NCBI RefSeq assembly: GCF_009914755.1
Contig: NC_060929.1
Length of the DNA stretch: 64,000 bases
Origin: the human T2T-CHM13v2.0 reference genome, Homo sapiens
Direction: 5' to 3' (one strand)
Below are positions 29,112-46,197 of this stretch, one piece after another (position 1 is the stretch's first letter; each line of letters opens with the position of its first letter). Made by a program: the position numbers and the translations under genes. A model generated the notes under the pieces. That model saw nothing but the letters and a program-made list of their open reading frames with translations, searched no databases and was not told the DNA's origin.

Positions 29112-29631
29112 GTAGGAAATGGAATACTTGATTTTGAAAGGTTAGGAAAACCCAGATTTTATATTTGTTGATGATTGTGTATGTGAATATGTTCTGTTCT
29201 ATTCTCAAGCCTTTCTTAATGACACATGTAAGAAGATTTAATTCTATTGATTTTGTGTTTCCAAATTATATCACTAATCATTAACAAGAAAGGCATGAGT
29301 CTGGTAGTCAGATTCACTCCTCCTGGAGCTCTGAGGAAACACTTTCCTCTTGTCATGTTTGTTCTCATGTCTGCCATTTAATCAACAGGCCATAGAAGTG
29401 TAACATCAGTTTGGCCTCTTTTAATCCTCACTTGGAAACTCATTTCTCATTCCTCGGTCTCCCTTGGAGTGAGTGACTTACTAGAAAACAAAGGTAGTTC
29501 ATGATTATTCATTTCTATTTAGAATTTGTGGTCTTTTGTGAGAAAATTGCCCCAAATCCTCCTACTACAGAAAGTGTTGATTTTTCAAGCTAATTTTTCA
29601 TTCTCCTCACTGACTAACAAAGTAATATCCA

Positions 29632-29824
29632 GGCTGGGCAACATAGGGAGACCTCATCTCTACAAAAAATTTAAAAAATTATCTGGGCATAGTGGTAAGC
29701 ACCTGTAGTCCCAGCTACTCAGGAGGCTGAGATGGGAGGATCACTTGAGCCTGGGAGGTCAAGGCTGCAGTGAGCCGTGTTTGTGCCACTGTACTCCAGC
29801 CCAGGTGACAGGGTAAGACTCTGT

Positions 29825-29868
<44 letters not shown>
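29632..29868 (+). mobile_element. 5'-truncated AluJ with a (CA)21 tail
   Basis: TSD ACAAAGTAATATCCA (29617-29631, 29866-29880). Confidence 0.9.
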
Positions 29869-29870
<2 letters not shown>

Positions 29871-30962
29871 GTAATATCCATTTCCCACATTTCTCATGAA
29901 CTTTTAACTGCTGTTATTCCTATCAGTCATTTATGTTCCCACCTATTCTTTATTTAAAAAGAAACAAGACCAAAGAAGTGAGCCTCTTCTAAACTTGTCC
30001 TTTCTTCCACTCATATTTATCCTTTGTGTTTCTCAGAAATCTACAAAAAATTATAACCAAAGCAGCATAGGAAAGCCGACTGTCACATGGGAACATGCTC
30101 CCCACAACAGGGCTCTGCTGTTTAACCTCCCCCAGCCTCTGGCTGGGAAAGCAGAGGTCATTTCTGGTACATAAGACCCAGGTGCCTGTAGGAGAGATGC
30201 CGACAATGATTTCAGGCATATGAAACATTTACAACTTTATAGAATAAAATGTATATTCGACCTGCACAAGAATTGTTTAGGCAAAAAATACATAGAACTA
30301 TTCAACTGTGATCACAGCATGCCTCACTTCTCTTGATCTCTGTCAAAACTTGCTTTAGCTTAAAATAGACTTTTTAGGGTCTGAGTCCTGGGACATGTTA
30401 TGTATTTGGGTGTCTAGCCTTAACAATCTTTCCATCGGCCAGCAAATATTTGCAGCAACGAAGAAGAGTAGACTTAATCTCATTTTTGTCAAACTGGTAA
30501 CAGAAGCTCTGAAGGGTGATTAGGGTGATGTAGGCCCAGGAGCCTGTGCTGTTTAAAGCAGCAAATTTGACTAATTGCTTTTTTTTCTATTGTATTCCTC
30601 ACACAGACTTGATTCTTAGATCAAGAATTATCATTTTTGACTTTTTAAGTTTCAGGGACCATTTTTAAAATAACATTTTTAAGATGACCTACGCATAGGT
30701 CACTATATCACTAAGTCACAAACAGGGCCTGAGGCCCTTGCCACTCTCTCCAATCCTGTTTGAGGAGCTGGGTCCAATATCCAGAAACATGGATGCAGCT
30801 CCGACAGCCAGGAGCCAGCCTGGAAGAAGCTGTAACACGTCCTCTCAAGGTTTGAGATGGGAACAAAGTACATGTCATCATTCAAAATTTCCTAGCTATT
30901 TTGATGAAACTGTTTAATGCACATGTTTGAGTCTGTCTTAAGACTTTTCCCCCCTTTATTAG

Positions 30963-31095
30963 GAAATATTTCAAAGAAGCATGTAATGTCCCTGAGCCAG
31001 AAGAGAAGTTTAATATGGACAAATACACAGACCTGGTGACAGTCAGCAAACCAGTCATTTATATTTCAATTGAAGAAATCATCAGCACACACTCA
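30963..31095 (+). CDS. IQGAP2: IQGAP2 exon (~28): KYFKEACNVPEPEEKFNMDKY...IEEIISTHS
   Basis: ccccctttattag acceptor, gtaagt donor; 133 nt, phase 2-0. Confidence 0.96.
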
Positions 31096-31391
31096 GTAAG
31101 TGGGGATGGGGAGCCATCTTAGCAATGGACCCATGATTTAGGCATCTGTTATCTTGAAAATGCTTAATCTCTACAGGACTTATTGTACACATGTGCTAAT
31201 ACTCATATTCTTAACCCTAAAAATCTCGCAATTATTTATTCCATGACTCTTATACATTAATAAAACTCCTTCTCCCAAACAACAAAATTCTATTTTTACA
31301 TAATTATTCCCTGACTCCTAGACATTAATAAAACTTCTCCCCAAAAAAGAAAGTGTACTTTTGGCATAATCCATTTACAAAGCCAGATTGT

Positions 31392-31703
31392 GACTGGAAT
31401 GGTGGCATATGCCTGTAATCCCAACACTTTGGGAGACTGAGGCAGGAGGATCACTCAAGCCCACAAGTTTGAGACTAGCCCGGGCAACATAGTGAGACCC
31501 CTATCTCTACTAAAAATTTTTTAAAAACTAGCCGGGTTTGGTGGTACATGCCTGTAGTCACAGCTACTTAAGAGGCTGAGGTGGGAGATCACTTGAGCTC
31601 AGGAGTCTGAGGCTGCAGTGATCTATGATCGTGCCACTGCACTCCAGCCGGGGCAACAGAGCGAGACCCTACCTCAAAAAATAAATAAATAAATAATAAA
31701 AAT
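31392..31703 (+). mobile_element. AluJ
   Basis: TSD AAAGCCAGATTGT; (TAAA)n tail. Confidence 0.92.
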
Positions 31704-33849
31704 AAAGCCAGATTGTAAATATGCAGTTTAAGCCCTGAGCCAGGACAGGCTATGGTGTTCTCATCCGCCAAAGCTATGCTATGTAGACCTACACCCTGTC
31801 TCTCCCCTCTTCCAGGAACCCTCTCAGCTTTTCCAGTAATTTTCTGGGGGAAATGAGAATATTCTTTTTATTCTAATGTTTTAACATAAAGTGGTAATAA
31901 ACAGGCTACGCAACGAAAACAAGAAACTACCACCCAATAGTAGCCTTCTGCAAAGAATCACTTCCATTGTTCTGGAAACCCCCATTTCTCGGAAGCAGGC
32001 AGTTTTTCACATCATGTGCTGTGTTATGACATCTACATCTGGTTTGCATGCAGACATCACTGCCGTCAGCCATTAGCATGTATTAAGTATCTGTTGGGTG
32101 CAGGGCACTGTGCTCAGTGGCATGGGGAAGGAATTGGGAGGCTTTAGATGACTTTTCAAACATTAAAATTAAAAAAAAAAAAGCTAAGCATTGAGGGGTT
32201 TGCATTGTTTTCTTTTTAAGATCAATTGGAACTTATTTCATGAAAAAATCTTGGTTTTTAAAAGGTAACCATTTCAAGAATAGTTTCAGACCTTGTGAGT
32301 TGAAGCAAGGTCCTGGGGATATGTTAGCAATGCACCCTGGACCTCCCAAATTAGAACCTGCATTGTAACAAGATCCCAGAGGATTCAGATGCACATTCAA
32401 GTTCTAGATGCTTCAGTTAAGGATGCACCCAACTTTGGATTATACAGAGAACCAAAGGGAAAGCATAACAAATACACATTCTCAAAGGTTGTGCTCTAGC
32501 CCCCATCAAACCAGACATACTGACAAGTGGCAGGTTAGCTGCTTAAAATTTCAGTCTATTATTAAGCTCTTCTAAGAAACTAAAGCTTGAATGTAGGTTT
32601 GAAGGAAAGATTGAATCTAGTATTGATTTTCTTCTTTCAGGGTTGAAACAGGGAACTTCCCTGACATTTACATCAAGCTCTCAATACATACTGATTAAAT
32701 GAATAGGCTATCCTTCTTTTCTCTATATATGAACACCCTAGATTACAAGGAAAACTGTCCAGCAATCTAGCAATGCATTACTTACAGAAATAATTATCTA
32801 CTGGACAGACTCATTTATATTTGAGCAATGACCCATTTGTCTGTTTTTGTGGTACATTATCTGTCTTCAAAGAATATGTACATCTTGGGTGCACATTTGC
32901 TGAATGCAATATCCACATGCGAAAAAAATGGTGGGGAGTACTTGTTTAGAGTGAGAGATTCTTTCCCAAGGGTAGCAGAGAGAAAATGTTACTGTATTAA
33001 TTTAGAAGTCTTAGAAGTCTTTAAGGAGAAATAGTCTGTTCTTTTGTTAACAAAAATTGAAAACAGAATTCAATCCTGGGAAAGAGAGCTTGTGACTGAT
33101 TTGGAATTCCTTCCTGTGTTAGGTTAGAAGCAGATGTAATGTGGGGAAATTGTGTAATTTCATAGGAAGACTGTCCTGTTTACTGTCTGCCTTCTGTGTG
33201 GAGGCGTCCGTGTGCAGACACAAGCACAGCAGTAGCAGGATTTGCCAAGCCTGTGGCCATGTGCTTACCCCTTTCTCTAAGGAAGATGCAAGAACTTCCA
33301 AATAAGCTCTTTAAGAAGACATTATCAGGAAATTTTTCCGAATAAAGGGTAGAAGGTGGCCACCTAAATAATCATTTCCAAAGAAAACAGCCAAATCAGT
33401 TGCCCTGGCTCATCAGAGAAGAAGAACATAAATTTATCCATCTTGCATATTTTGTTCTTGTCTCTTAATTTTCCCTCCAAAACATCATATGTACCGCCTT
33501 TCCAGATTTTGCCCGGTCTTTGTATCACCTCTATTATTTATTTAATGCCTTTCTTTGAATCAACTCACCTTTTTAAAAACAACACGTAATTTCTTTGCTT
33601 TAAAACAAAGTACCTCTACTATAGTGAAAAACTAGCCTGCTTTGCCATACACAGAAACTTTAGAAGAAAATAAGTGTAATGAAAACAAAATAGTTGGATA
33701 CAGTCACTTCCTTACCTTGAAGTTATGTATCTGAGGTGTGTTCTCTCTTTGTTAACAACTCTCCATGTGTCAGGGAAATGTTAAGAAAAATTTAGCATCA
33801 AACAGATACTCTCTCCTTCACTGATCTTAAAGATTAGAAGAGAACGGAA

Positions 33850-35990
<2,141 letters not shown>

Positions 35991-36859
35991 ATTGAAAATG
36001 GAAAAGGAACTAGCTTTATCATTATGATGCAGAGTTTTATAAAATAGTTGCTGAGAACAACAAATTTTATCTCCTGTCTCCAAGATTACTAGTTCCGTAC
36101 TTTGGAAATGTTGTTTCAATCTAATTAGAAATGCAAGCAAAAACAGATGTGTCGCTGTTCATGTGTAAGGTTGTAACAATTAAACCAACTCCATTAAAAT
36201 TTGTTTAAATTAAAAAAAAAAAAAAAGTGTTGTCTTTCATGGTTTCCCCCGAGTGCTGCTACCCCTCAGGAGTTAACACTGTTTCCTGTAAGACCTGGCA
36301 AGACACCCCAGCAGATGTTACTCATCTTTGGGCCTTCTTAGGATAAGGAAAGGGGAAACCACTCAGGACATCTAGGTCTCTTACATCCTTACCCATGAGA
36401 GATCTTCAATGCAAGACAGATTGAAACAGCTCATAGTAGTGATTAAGAAGAAGATAACTGTAGTATTTGATTACTGCATAGAGATGTAAATGCCCTTCCA
36501 GTTTGCTACCAATGTTAACTGAAAGATCTGCCTCATTCTGGACTCTTTCCCCCAACTTTGACTTTTTCTATGGAGGAAGAGTGAAGCACAGAGATCAGGT
36601 GGTAGAAGGCTTCCCTTTGGCAGACCTTGCTGAAAAAGGGTTTATGAACACGTTTCTTGCAACAATTTCTTGATGTAGAGTAGGTGCTTCCCTCTGAGAT
36701 ACAATAAAAACTGTATCTATGTCTCTAATTTTTATAAATGTCATACTCATATTTAAGATTTAAATGGTATGAGGAGGAAATTATGAAAAATTTCATATAA
36801 ATATGGTACAGTTGAGAATTTACTTTTTTCTTTGTGTGTGTGTTGCTTTCTACATAAAG

Positions 36860-36962
36860 CTCCTGTTGGAACACCAGGATGCAATTGCCCCTGAGAAAAA
36901 TGACTTACTGAGTGAATTGCTGGGGTCGCTGGGAGAGGTGCCAACCGTGGAATCTTTTCTTG
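36860..36962 (+). CDS. IQGAP2: IQGAP2 exon (~29): LLLEHQDAIAPEKNDLLSELLGSLGEVPTVESFL
   Basis: aag acceptor, G|gtaaga donor; 103 nt, phase 0-1. Confidence 0.95.
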
Positions 36963-37520
36963 GTAAGAGCTTGTTCCTTCTACTTATCCCTTGGTTTTTG
37001 TTTAATTGGGTGGGTTGGTTGGTTGGTTCGTTGGTTTTCCTATCCTAGATAAAACAATTATTTTGGAATTTAATGCTTAAGCATATTTAAAGAATAACAA
37101 CTACACTTGCCCCTTCCTACAGTAAGAGTTCTGTAATTAATGGAGTCCGGGATTATAAAATAATTCAGTATTCTTGAAGGTAAGCTCCAGATATGTCAAA
37201 AAGGAATTGTCAACCTGTATTATACAGAAAGAAGCCATCAATAAAGAACCAAATTTATTACAAAATGAAAAATACTTTTATTAACAGTTATCCTTTTTAG
37301 TAATTTGTATTTGAAATACCTATGTCCCATGTCATTTTCATTTTTCAATCAGATATTTTAAAAGCCACTTTAGCTATAGTAGAATGTGGGTTTTGTAAAG
37401 ACCATGATCTCCCATTTAATTACCAAGCCTATCTTTCCCACAGAACCTTTATCTTACATTGTTGGTGCCATCATCACAAAGAGTGAATTGGAAAAATAAC
37501 ACTAGGTTTTTTCCCTACAG

Positions 37521-37662
37521 GGGAAGGAGCAGTTGACCCCAATGACCCTAACAAGGCAAATACACTAAGTCAGCTTTCAAAGACCGAGATTTCTCTTGTC
37601 TTGACAAGCAAATATGACATAGAGGACGGTGAAGCTATAGATAGCCGAAGCCTCATGATAAA
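37521..37662 (+). CDS. IQGAP2: IQGAP2 exon (~30): GEGAVDPNDPNKANTLSQLSKTEISLVLTSKY...SRSLMIK
   Basis: ttttttccctacag acceptor, gtaagt donor; 142 nt, phase 1-2. Confidence 0.96.
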
Positions 37663-39509
37663 GTAAGTTTGGGGGTTAAAGGGCACATGTCTCCAAATAC
37701 ACATCTTAAATGATGCAAATTCAAATGAGGCTAAATCCCAACTAATTTATTTAAAAGTATGTGAACATTGAAATCTATTATGTATATCCATCAAACATCT
37801 AACCAAAGGATAATAGACTCTTTAGAATTTAGGAAGGCATTAAATATTATAATAGTTTACAACACCTTCCTTGGTTTTTAGTTTTCCATGTAGTAATTTG
37901 ATTTTTTTCCTTTGAGAAATGATTAACTCAGCTTATGCAAGTCCTTAGGTAACTGAAGAGAAATATCTATTACAGAGTGGCCAGAAGATTAGTGAGGAAA
38001 TTCAGTTAACCAACGTTTATTTCCGGTATAAAATCATAATATAAAAACACGTACCTACAATAAGACATTATGATAGCATCTGATTTATTGGCCTTCCTTC
38101 CTGTTAAACTGATCCTGGATATATTTACCAGCTTTGACTTTTATTTGTACCCTGCTTCCTGCCGCTAAAGATTTCAAGTGAAGCATTCACACTTTAAATA
38201 ATACTATCTTTTCTCCATCAAAGAATCAAGGATATTCCACATCCATCCTTTACACACAGAGTAAGAAAGAGAATGAGATTCATGATACAACACCATAAAT
38301 CAAAAGCACCCGCTGACCAAGCAGTGCAGTTTTCAAGAACTTATACAAACCCAAGAATGCATATCAGTACATTAGAACAGTTATGTATTGGGGTGAGATG
38401 GAGACTGGAAGTGGAAAAATGAGGACAAAGGGAACAAGTATGTGTTGAAACAATACGAAACATATTACTTCCAAGCTACCTGTCCTGAGTTCTGAGGTTT
38501 TAATTTGTGGCAAGAGCTTTCTCTCCTGCCACTGATGTGCTGAAGTGTGCTTGAAGTGTGAATGAAGACAGCATTCATCTCCACTTGATTTTTTTTTTTA
38601 AACATTCAATCATCTGTGAAAACAACAGGAAGAGCTTCTTCACTGTGCTGTGTTGATATGTTCCTCTCTTAGGCTTGTTGATTTTGTCCTCAGATCATCT
38701 GAGGCTCCATTCGGTCATGCAGCAAATGCTTGACTACCTACTCTGTGTTCATGCGCTGGGCTTGAGGCTGGGATACAACAGTGGGTAAGCTGGAAACAGC
38801 CCCTGTCTTACAGGGGTGGAGAGCACAGTTCGACAGTAGGACCGCAACCAAGTTGCAGGACTAGGACACACCCTTGGCCTCACAAGAGTTGAGGGCGGTT
38901 CTTTTTGACTACAGATTACCAAGGCAGATGAAAATTTCAGGGAGACAATTCAGGGCAGGGCAGGAGAGAAAGGGGGAGAAAGTCTACACCCTGGGTTCCT
39001 CTGAACAAGTGCCAATTATAAAGATAACTGGAAATACAGATTGTGTGGTTTTGCCATGTAAATGAAATTAGGCCAAGTATCCCATGATCTCATAAGCTTT
39101 GTCCTTTAGAAGTAATGGGAAGAAATTTTTTCTTAATTAGTTTTGTCTGCTATTTGAACATCATTTTCTAAATCCAGTCAACTCCAATGTCTGCATGATA
39201 TCTGAGAATCACCATTTGAGTAGTTCAAAGTATCAGATAATCTGAATATCATATATATTTATACTTATTCCTGAACATGAGTCTGCATGATTCTGCAAAT
39301 TCTAGGAAATCACATTTAAAGATAAAACCATAAAAGTCAGGCCTGTCTGGAAGCAATGTGTCTTAGCCTGGGAAACCTGGGACATTGTCCTGTTTGCCTT
39401 ACCCATTACCCAGCCTCTGCCCTTGTGTGGCTCTCCCCCGTCCCCCCCAGTGTGTTGGAAACAAACACTATCCACTTCTTTAATCACCACACTATGTAGA
39501 GCCAGCAGT

Positions 39510-40900
<1,391 letters not shown>

Positions 40901-41263
40901 TTGAGGCCAGTGTTTTAATAGAGGCCCTAAGTCTTTTATGCTCAAAGGCCTTCCTCTTGGCATACTGTGAGATCTTACTGTTGGCCGACCACTTTACTAA
41001 GCAGCCCAGTGATCAATGTAGGTAACAATTTGAAATCAACACTGACTGGTTAGCCATCCCTGAAAGTGAAATTTGGATATTGCCCAAAAGGTTCAATAGA
41101 ATTAGTTCTATGATTTTAGCCAAGCCCTGCTTCTAAATATACTTCCTTTAAAGTACATATTTGAAAAAATCTTGATACTAACAGATAATTACAAAGTGCA
41201 GCATTGACAGGGAACCTGAAAACTGAGTCTTTTTCTTGCAGGCAAGGAAACTAAAGTCTAAAA

Positions 41264-41752
41264 GTACCAGTATCAGTCCATGGCCTGTTAGGAACCAGGC
41301 GACACAGCAGGAGGGGAGCAAGTGAAGCTTCATCCTGTATTTACAGCTGCTCCCCATTGCTGGCATTAACACCTGAGCTCCACCTCCTGTCAGATCAGTG
41401 GCAGCAGTAGATTCTCATAGGAGTATGAACCCTATTGTGAGCTCCACATGCAAGGGATCTAGGTTGCACACTCCTTATGAGAATCTAATGCCTGATGATC
41501 ACTGTCTCCCATCACCCACAGATGGGACTGTCTAGTTGTAGGAAAACAAGCTCAGGGCATCCACTCATTCTGTATTATGGTGAGTTGTATAATTATTTCA
41601 TTATATATTACAATGCAATAATAATAGAAACAAAGTGCACAATAAATGTAACGCACTTGAATCATCTTCCCGAAACCATCCCCCACCCTGTCCATGGAAA
41701 AATTGTCTTCCACAAAACCTGTCCCTGGTGCCAAAAGGGTTGGGGACCACTC
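41264..41752. mobile_element. MER1A hAT-Charlie element
   Basis: tggcctgttaggaacc...ggtgccaaaagggttggggaccac. Confidence 0.85.
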
Positions 41753-42264
41753 CTTTAAAATATTGATTTGAACTCTCATGAGGATGACTTTTTTGATTTG
41801 AACACTCTCATCAGGATGACTTTTTTCCAAGCTAATAAACCGAATTTGTAACTCAAGCATAAGATATAGTTCTTGAGATTCATTAGAGAACCAAATTTAA
41901 CTAAAATCGGACAATGACTTTTATAAGTTATGAAGTGGACAGACATGAAATGCAGAGCAATTGGGATGTGAAAATACCTAGCTTTTCTCTATCAAAAAAC
42001 TATTCTGCTTTTTTGTGAAACAGATTGTGTTCTTAACTTTCAGAAATGCCCTTATGTTTAATTACAATGTCACTAGTTTTCCAGTCATGAGTAACTCATC
42101 TTCATGGAGGCCCCCACAGTAGCAGAATTTGAGGCATTGTTAATCATTATGTTTGTAAATTTAATTCCATGCTAGTCTCATAATTCTTACTCATCAGATG
42201 AAGATGAAGATGATGATAATAGCAAACACCTATGTAGTGCTTACCATGGCCAGGGACAGTTTTT

Positions 42265-42477
42265 ATATACTGTGCAAATGCAAAGTGTTCCAGAATTCCA
42301 AACCTTTTGAGAGCTGACAGTGGTCAAAGGAAATGCTCTTTGGAGCGTTTTGAATTTTCGGATTTAGGATGCTGAAGCAGTAAGTATATAATGCAAATGT
42401 TCCAAAATCTGAAAAGATAAAAAATCTGAAACACTTTTGGGCCCAAGCATTTTGAAAAAGGGACCCACAATCTGTAA
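42265..42477. mobile_element. Tigger4/MER46 element inserted in a MIR (MIR pieces ~42210-42265 and ~42545-42710)
   Basis: caaaggaaatgctc...aatctgaaacacttttgggcccaagcatttt. Confidence 0.75.
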
Positions 42478-42971
42478 AGAGAGAAAGAGAATAACATGTG
42501 CATATATATATATTAAAATAAACATGTATAAAATATGTATGTAATATTCTCAGCAACCCCAAGAGAGTGGAGGTTATTATCAGTATTTTACAGATGAGGA
42601 AACTAGGCACAGAACAGGTATAAACCTTTTCCTGGGTAACACAGTTACTAAGTGGAGCAGAGATTCAAACCCACATGATTTGAAATCCTCCAGGGCCCAC
42701 ACTCTTGATCATAAAGTTTTACAACTTGTCGAGGGCAAGGTCATTGTTCTTTGCATTCTTAGGAATCTTAGAATAAATAATGAGAATTATTAGCTGAGCA
42801 GTTACTGAGTAACGGAGGCTGGAGCATCTTTCCAGGCCAAAGAGGAGGGACAAAGGGCACATATCGGAGTAGGAAGAAACATTTATTTCTTTTTCCCTTG
42901 TGTATGTTTATAGAATAGAGAACCTCAGTTTGGGCTATTGCTATTTTTCTAATACTACCAAGCACAGGGAT

Positions 42972-43006
<35 letters not shown>

Positions 43007-44309
43007 GTCGAGGAATCCTAAAAACCTAGTCGAGGGGTCTTAGGGATGACATAGGGTTATAGCCTCAATCTATCACTTATTAACCATGGAACTCAGCAAG
43101 TTGCCTCGCCATCAGTTTTCTCCTCCATAATATAGAGGAGAGGGGAAAGGAAGGGCTATGATGATCACATGAAATTATAATTAATACCACATAAATTATA
43201 TAAAACTATGCAGTTGTCAACCTTTCATTATAACTTATGATTCAACTTAAAATATGTGATCCTTATGGCCTTAATTAAGCTTAGTTTCCCACAAAAGTAT
43301 GTGTGTTTAAGTAGAAGGCAATATTTGTGGTTTTTAATCATACTTAGCTGCTTGAGTGCTTAAATTGTCATCTCTTAAGAATTTCCTGTCACATGATTAA
43401 GTTTAGGTTCCATGATCCCAGCTGAAAGATTTCCTTGTTTTTTGGTCCAAACTAGCAGGAGCACTAAATGGCTAAGGTGATATTTGAGGTCTGGAGCTAA
43501 TAATGTAAATTATCTTGTTAGGATGTTAAATACTGAAAATATTCCTTAGTTTCCACAAACACTGATTGCTTTTCAACCTTGGGCACAGTATAAGCAGATG
43601 ACAGAGGGGGAGCTTCAGGAATGCTACTGGTAATAATAGATACCATATGAATGGAGTGGCCAAACCCAAGGGGCCACACCAGCTTACAAGCGCCGTATGG
43701 GCTCATTTATCTACAGTGGGGTTTGAGCACAGCTATGATGAATAAACTCCCTGGTGTATTTCTTTCTCTTTTTTTCTTAATTCTTTTTCAAAATTAGATA
43801 CCTCCTCATTCAGGGAGAGCAAGACCCGTGGTTTGGATCAACCTATCTTACATATTTGAAGAGCCCTGGCGCCAGTACTCTAAGCAGTTGATTTATGCTG
43901 GTCAGACCATATCCAGAATGTTATATTTGGACTGGGGTGGGAAGGGGGATGCATATTAAGGTCATTGGTAACTGGAATGTGAGCAGGACTGTGAGCTCTC
44001 TGCAGATGCCATTGTGAGGAGCTTTAAGGGACTGAGTGGTTTCACTTGGAAAAAGGAAAGATGGTGGAAGAGGGGATAGAGGAACACAGTCTTGGCATTT
44101 CTCTATAGGTTTTTCAGGAGCTGCTGATTTGGAAAGGGAATTGGACTTGTTTCCTGCAGCTCTAGTCTCTTAGGTCTTAGTTGCCACATTTGTACAATCA
44201 GGGATTGGATTGTTTTTCAAAGGTCTCTCTCCGGGCCACAGTCCTAAGACTAACCAGGTTTCATGACTGGGTGGCCCTGGAAGGCAGGCCTCTCAGAGTG
44301 AGCTCCTGT

Positions 44310-44640
44310 TTGAGAATGGAATGTGCCAATATTGTACTCTCCAAAAGAAATTTAATATGAGCCACATGTAATTTTAACTTTTCTAGAAGCCTTATTTTAA
44401 AAAGAAATAGATGAAATTAATTCTAATAATATATTTTATTTAACCCAATATATCCAAAAATATTTAAATATGTAATAAATGTAAAAAATTGATGAAATAT
44501 TTTACATTCTTTGTTTCATACAACATCTTCAAAATCCAGTGTGTGTTTCACACAGCACATCTCAGTTTGTACTAGCCATGTCTCAAGTGCTCAAGTGCCA
44601 CCTGTGGCCAGTGGCGGCCATCATGGGCAGCACAGCTTTA
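44310..44640. mobile_element. MER33/MER3-type hAT element
   Basis: gagccacatgtaattttaacttttctag...ctagccatgtctcaagtgctcaa. Confidence 0.75.
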
Positions 44641-45843
44641 ACGACCATGTGAGTGCTTACCATGTGCCAGACCTCACAGAAGGCTTTAGATCTTTTCATC
44701 CAATCCTTGCATCAGTCCTGAGAGATTCCTGTTTTATAAACGAAAAAACAAAACCTACAAGGATTATATAACTTGCACAAATCCACATGGCTAATATGCA
44801 ACAAGAGTCCAAGCCAAGACAGATTTGGCTTTAAATCTGTCCGTCCCCGTCGTCCTTAAGCACTAGACACACTGTAGTGGGAGGGAGGTGGGTTCCCTGT
44901 CATGGGACTGGATGGTTACTTATGTCTGAGGTAGAACTTTGGCAATGAATTCCACAGGCCTGGTGTACAGTAGAAGTCCAAGGGAAACAGGCTGTGTGAG
45001 CAGTTTGTCCTCCAGCAACTCTTGAGCAAATAAACATTCTTTGTCTTTGGTGGGGCACGTTTTATTGACTCCAGTCATTTGGTCATTGCACAGCTTCTCT
45101 AAAGAACTAGAAGTTCCCTAGAAACTGTATATCACAATTAGTTCTGAGAATACTATTTCAAACAAGAAAGTTACTATATTGACATTTTTTAAATCATCCA
45201 AAGCTTTTATTTTTAACTCAGTGTTCCTGTTTAATACATTGATGATGATGGCTGGAGGAAGGTGGTGTGTAGGAAGGAAAGGATACATTGCTTTCTCAGC
45301 CACAGCCGCTTTAGGAAACATGCCATCCCCCACGTGGCTGTAATTAGCTGTGGGCCCACCTTTGAGTCTCTGTGGAGTATTTAGCTGTGCATTCCCAGAC
45401 AGCCTGTAAATCCCCAGCAGCAAAGGGTCATGGGGCCAGAGGAAATGGTTCTCCAAAGGCTAGGGGGAAGGGAGGCAAGGAAGACACATTGTGATTGTTC
45501 TTTTCACACAGACTTCTGATAAATAGGAAATGAGAAAAATGATGTTTACAGATGGCTTATTGGATTTTATCCTATTTTCAAAAGTAATATATTTGTAATT
45601 AACTTGAAGGGTTTTCTCTGTCATTTGGGAGTAGTTGCCCATATCCTTCAAAATGTGAAAATTTTGTTCTCATTTCTAAATTTCATGCTACATGAACATT
45701 TCCTGCTAGAGTTTAGGAAGAAAAATTAGTCATTCAGTGATATCATGTAATGACTCTGAAATAACTAAAGTTAAATGCAATAACGGGACTACAGTAAAAG
45801 TGAAACTTCAGATGTCAATTAGACCAGTGTATGTATAATTTAA

Positions 45844-46197
<354 letters not shown>

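Noticed and set aside
45118-45456. 112-aa minus-strand ORF inside the candidate antisense exon
   Set aside because: Starts at TTG and has no recognisable domain; treated as non-coding unless upstream exons supply an ATG
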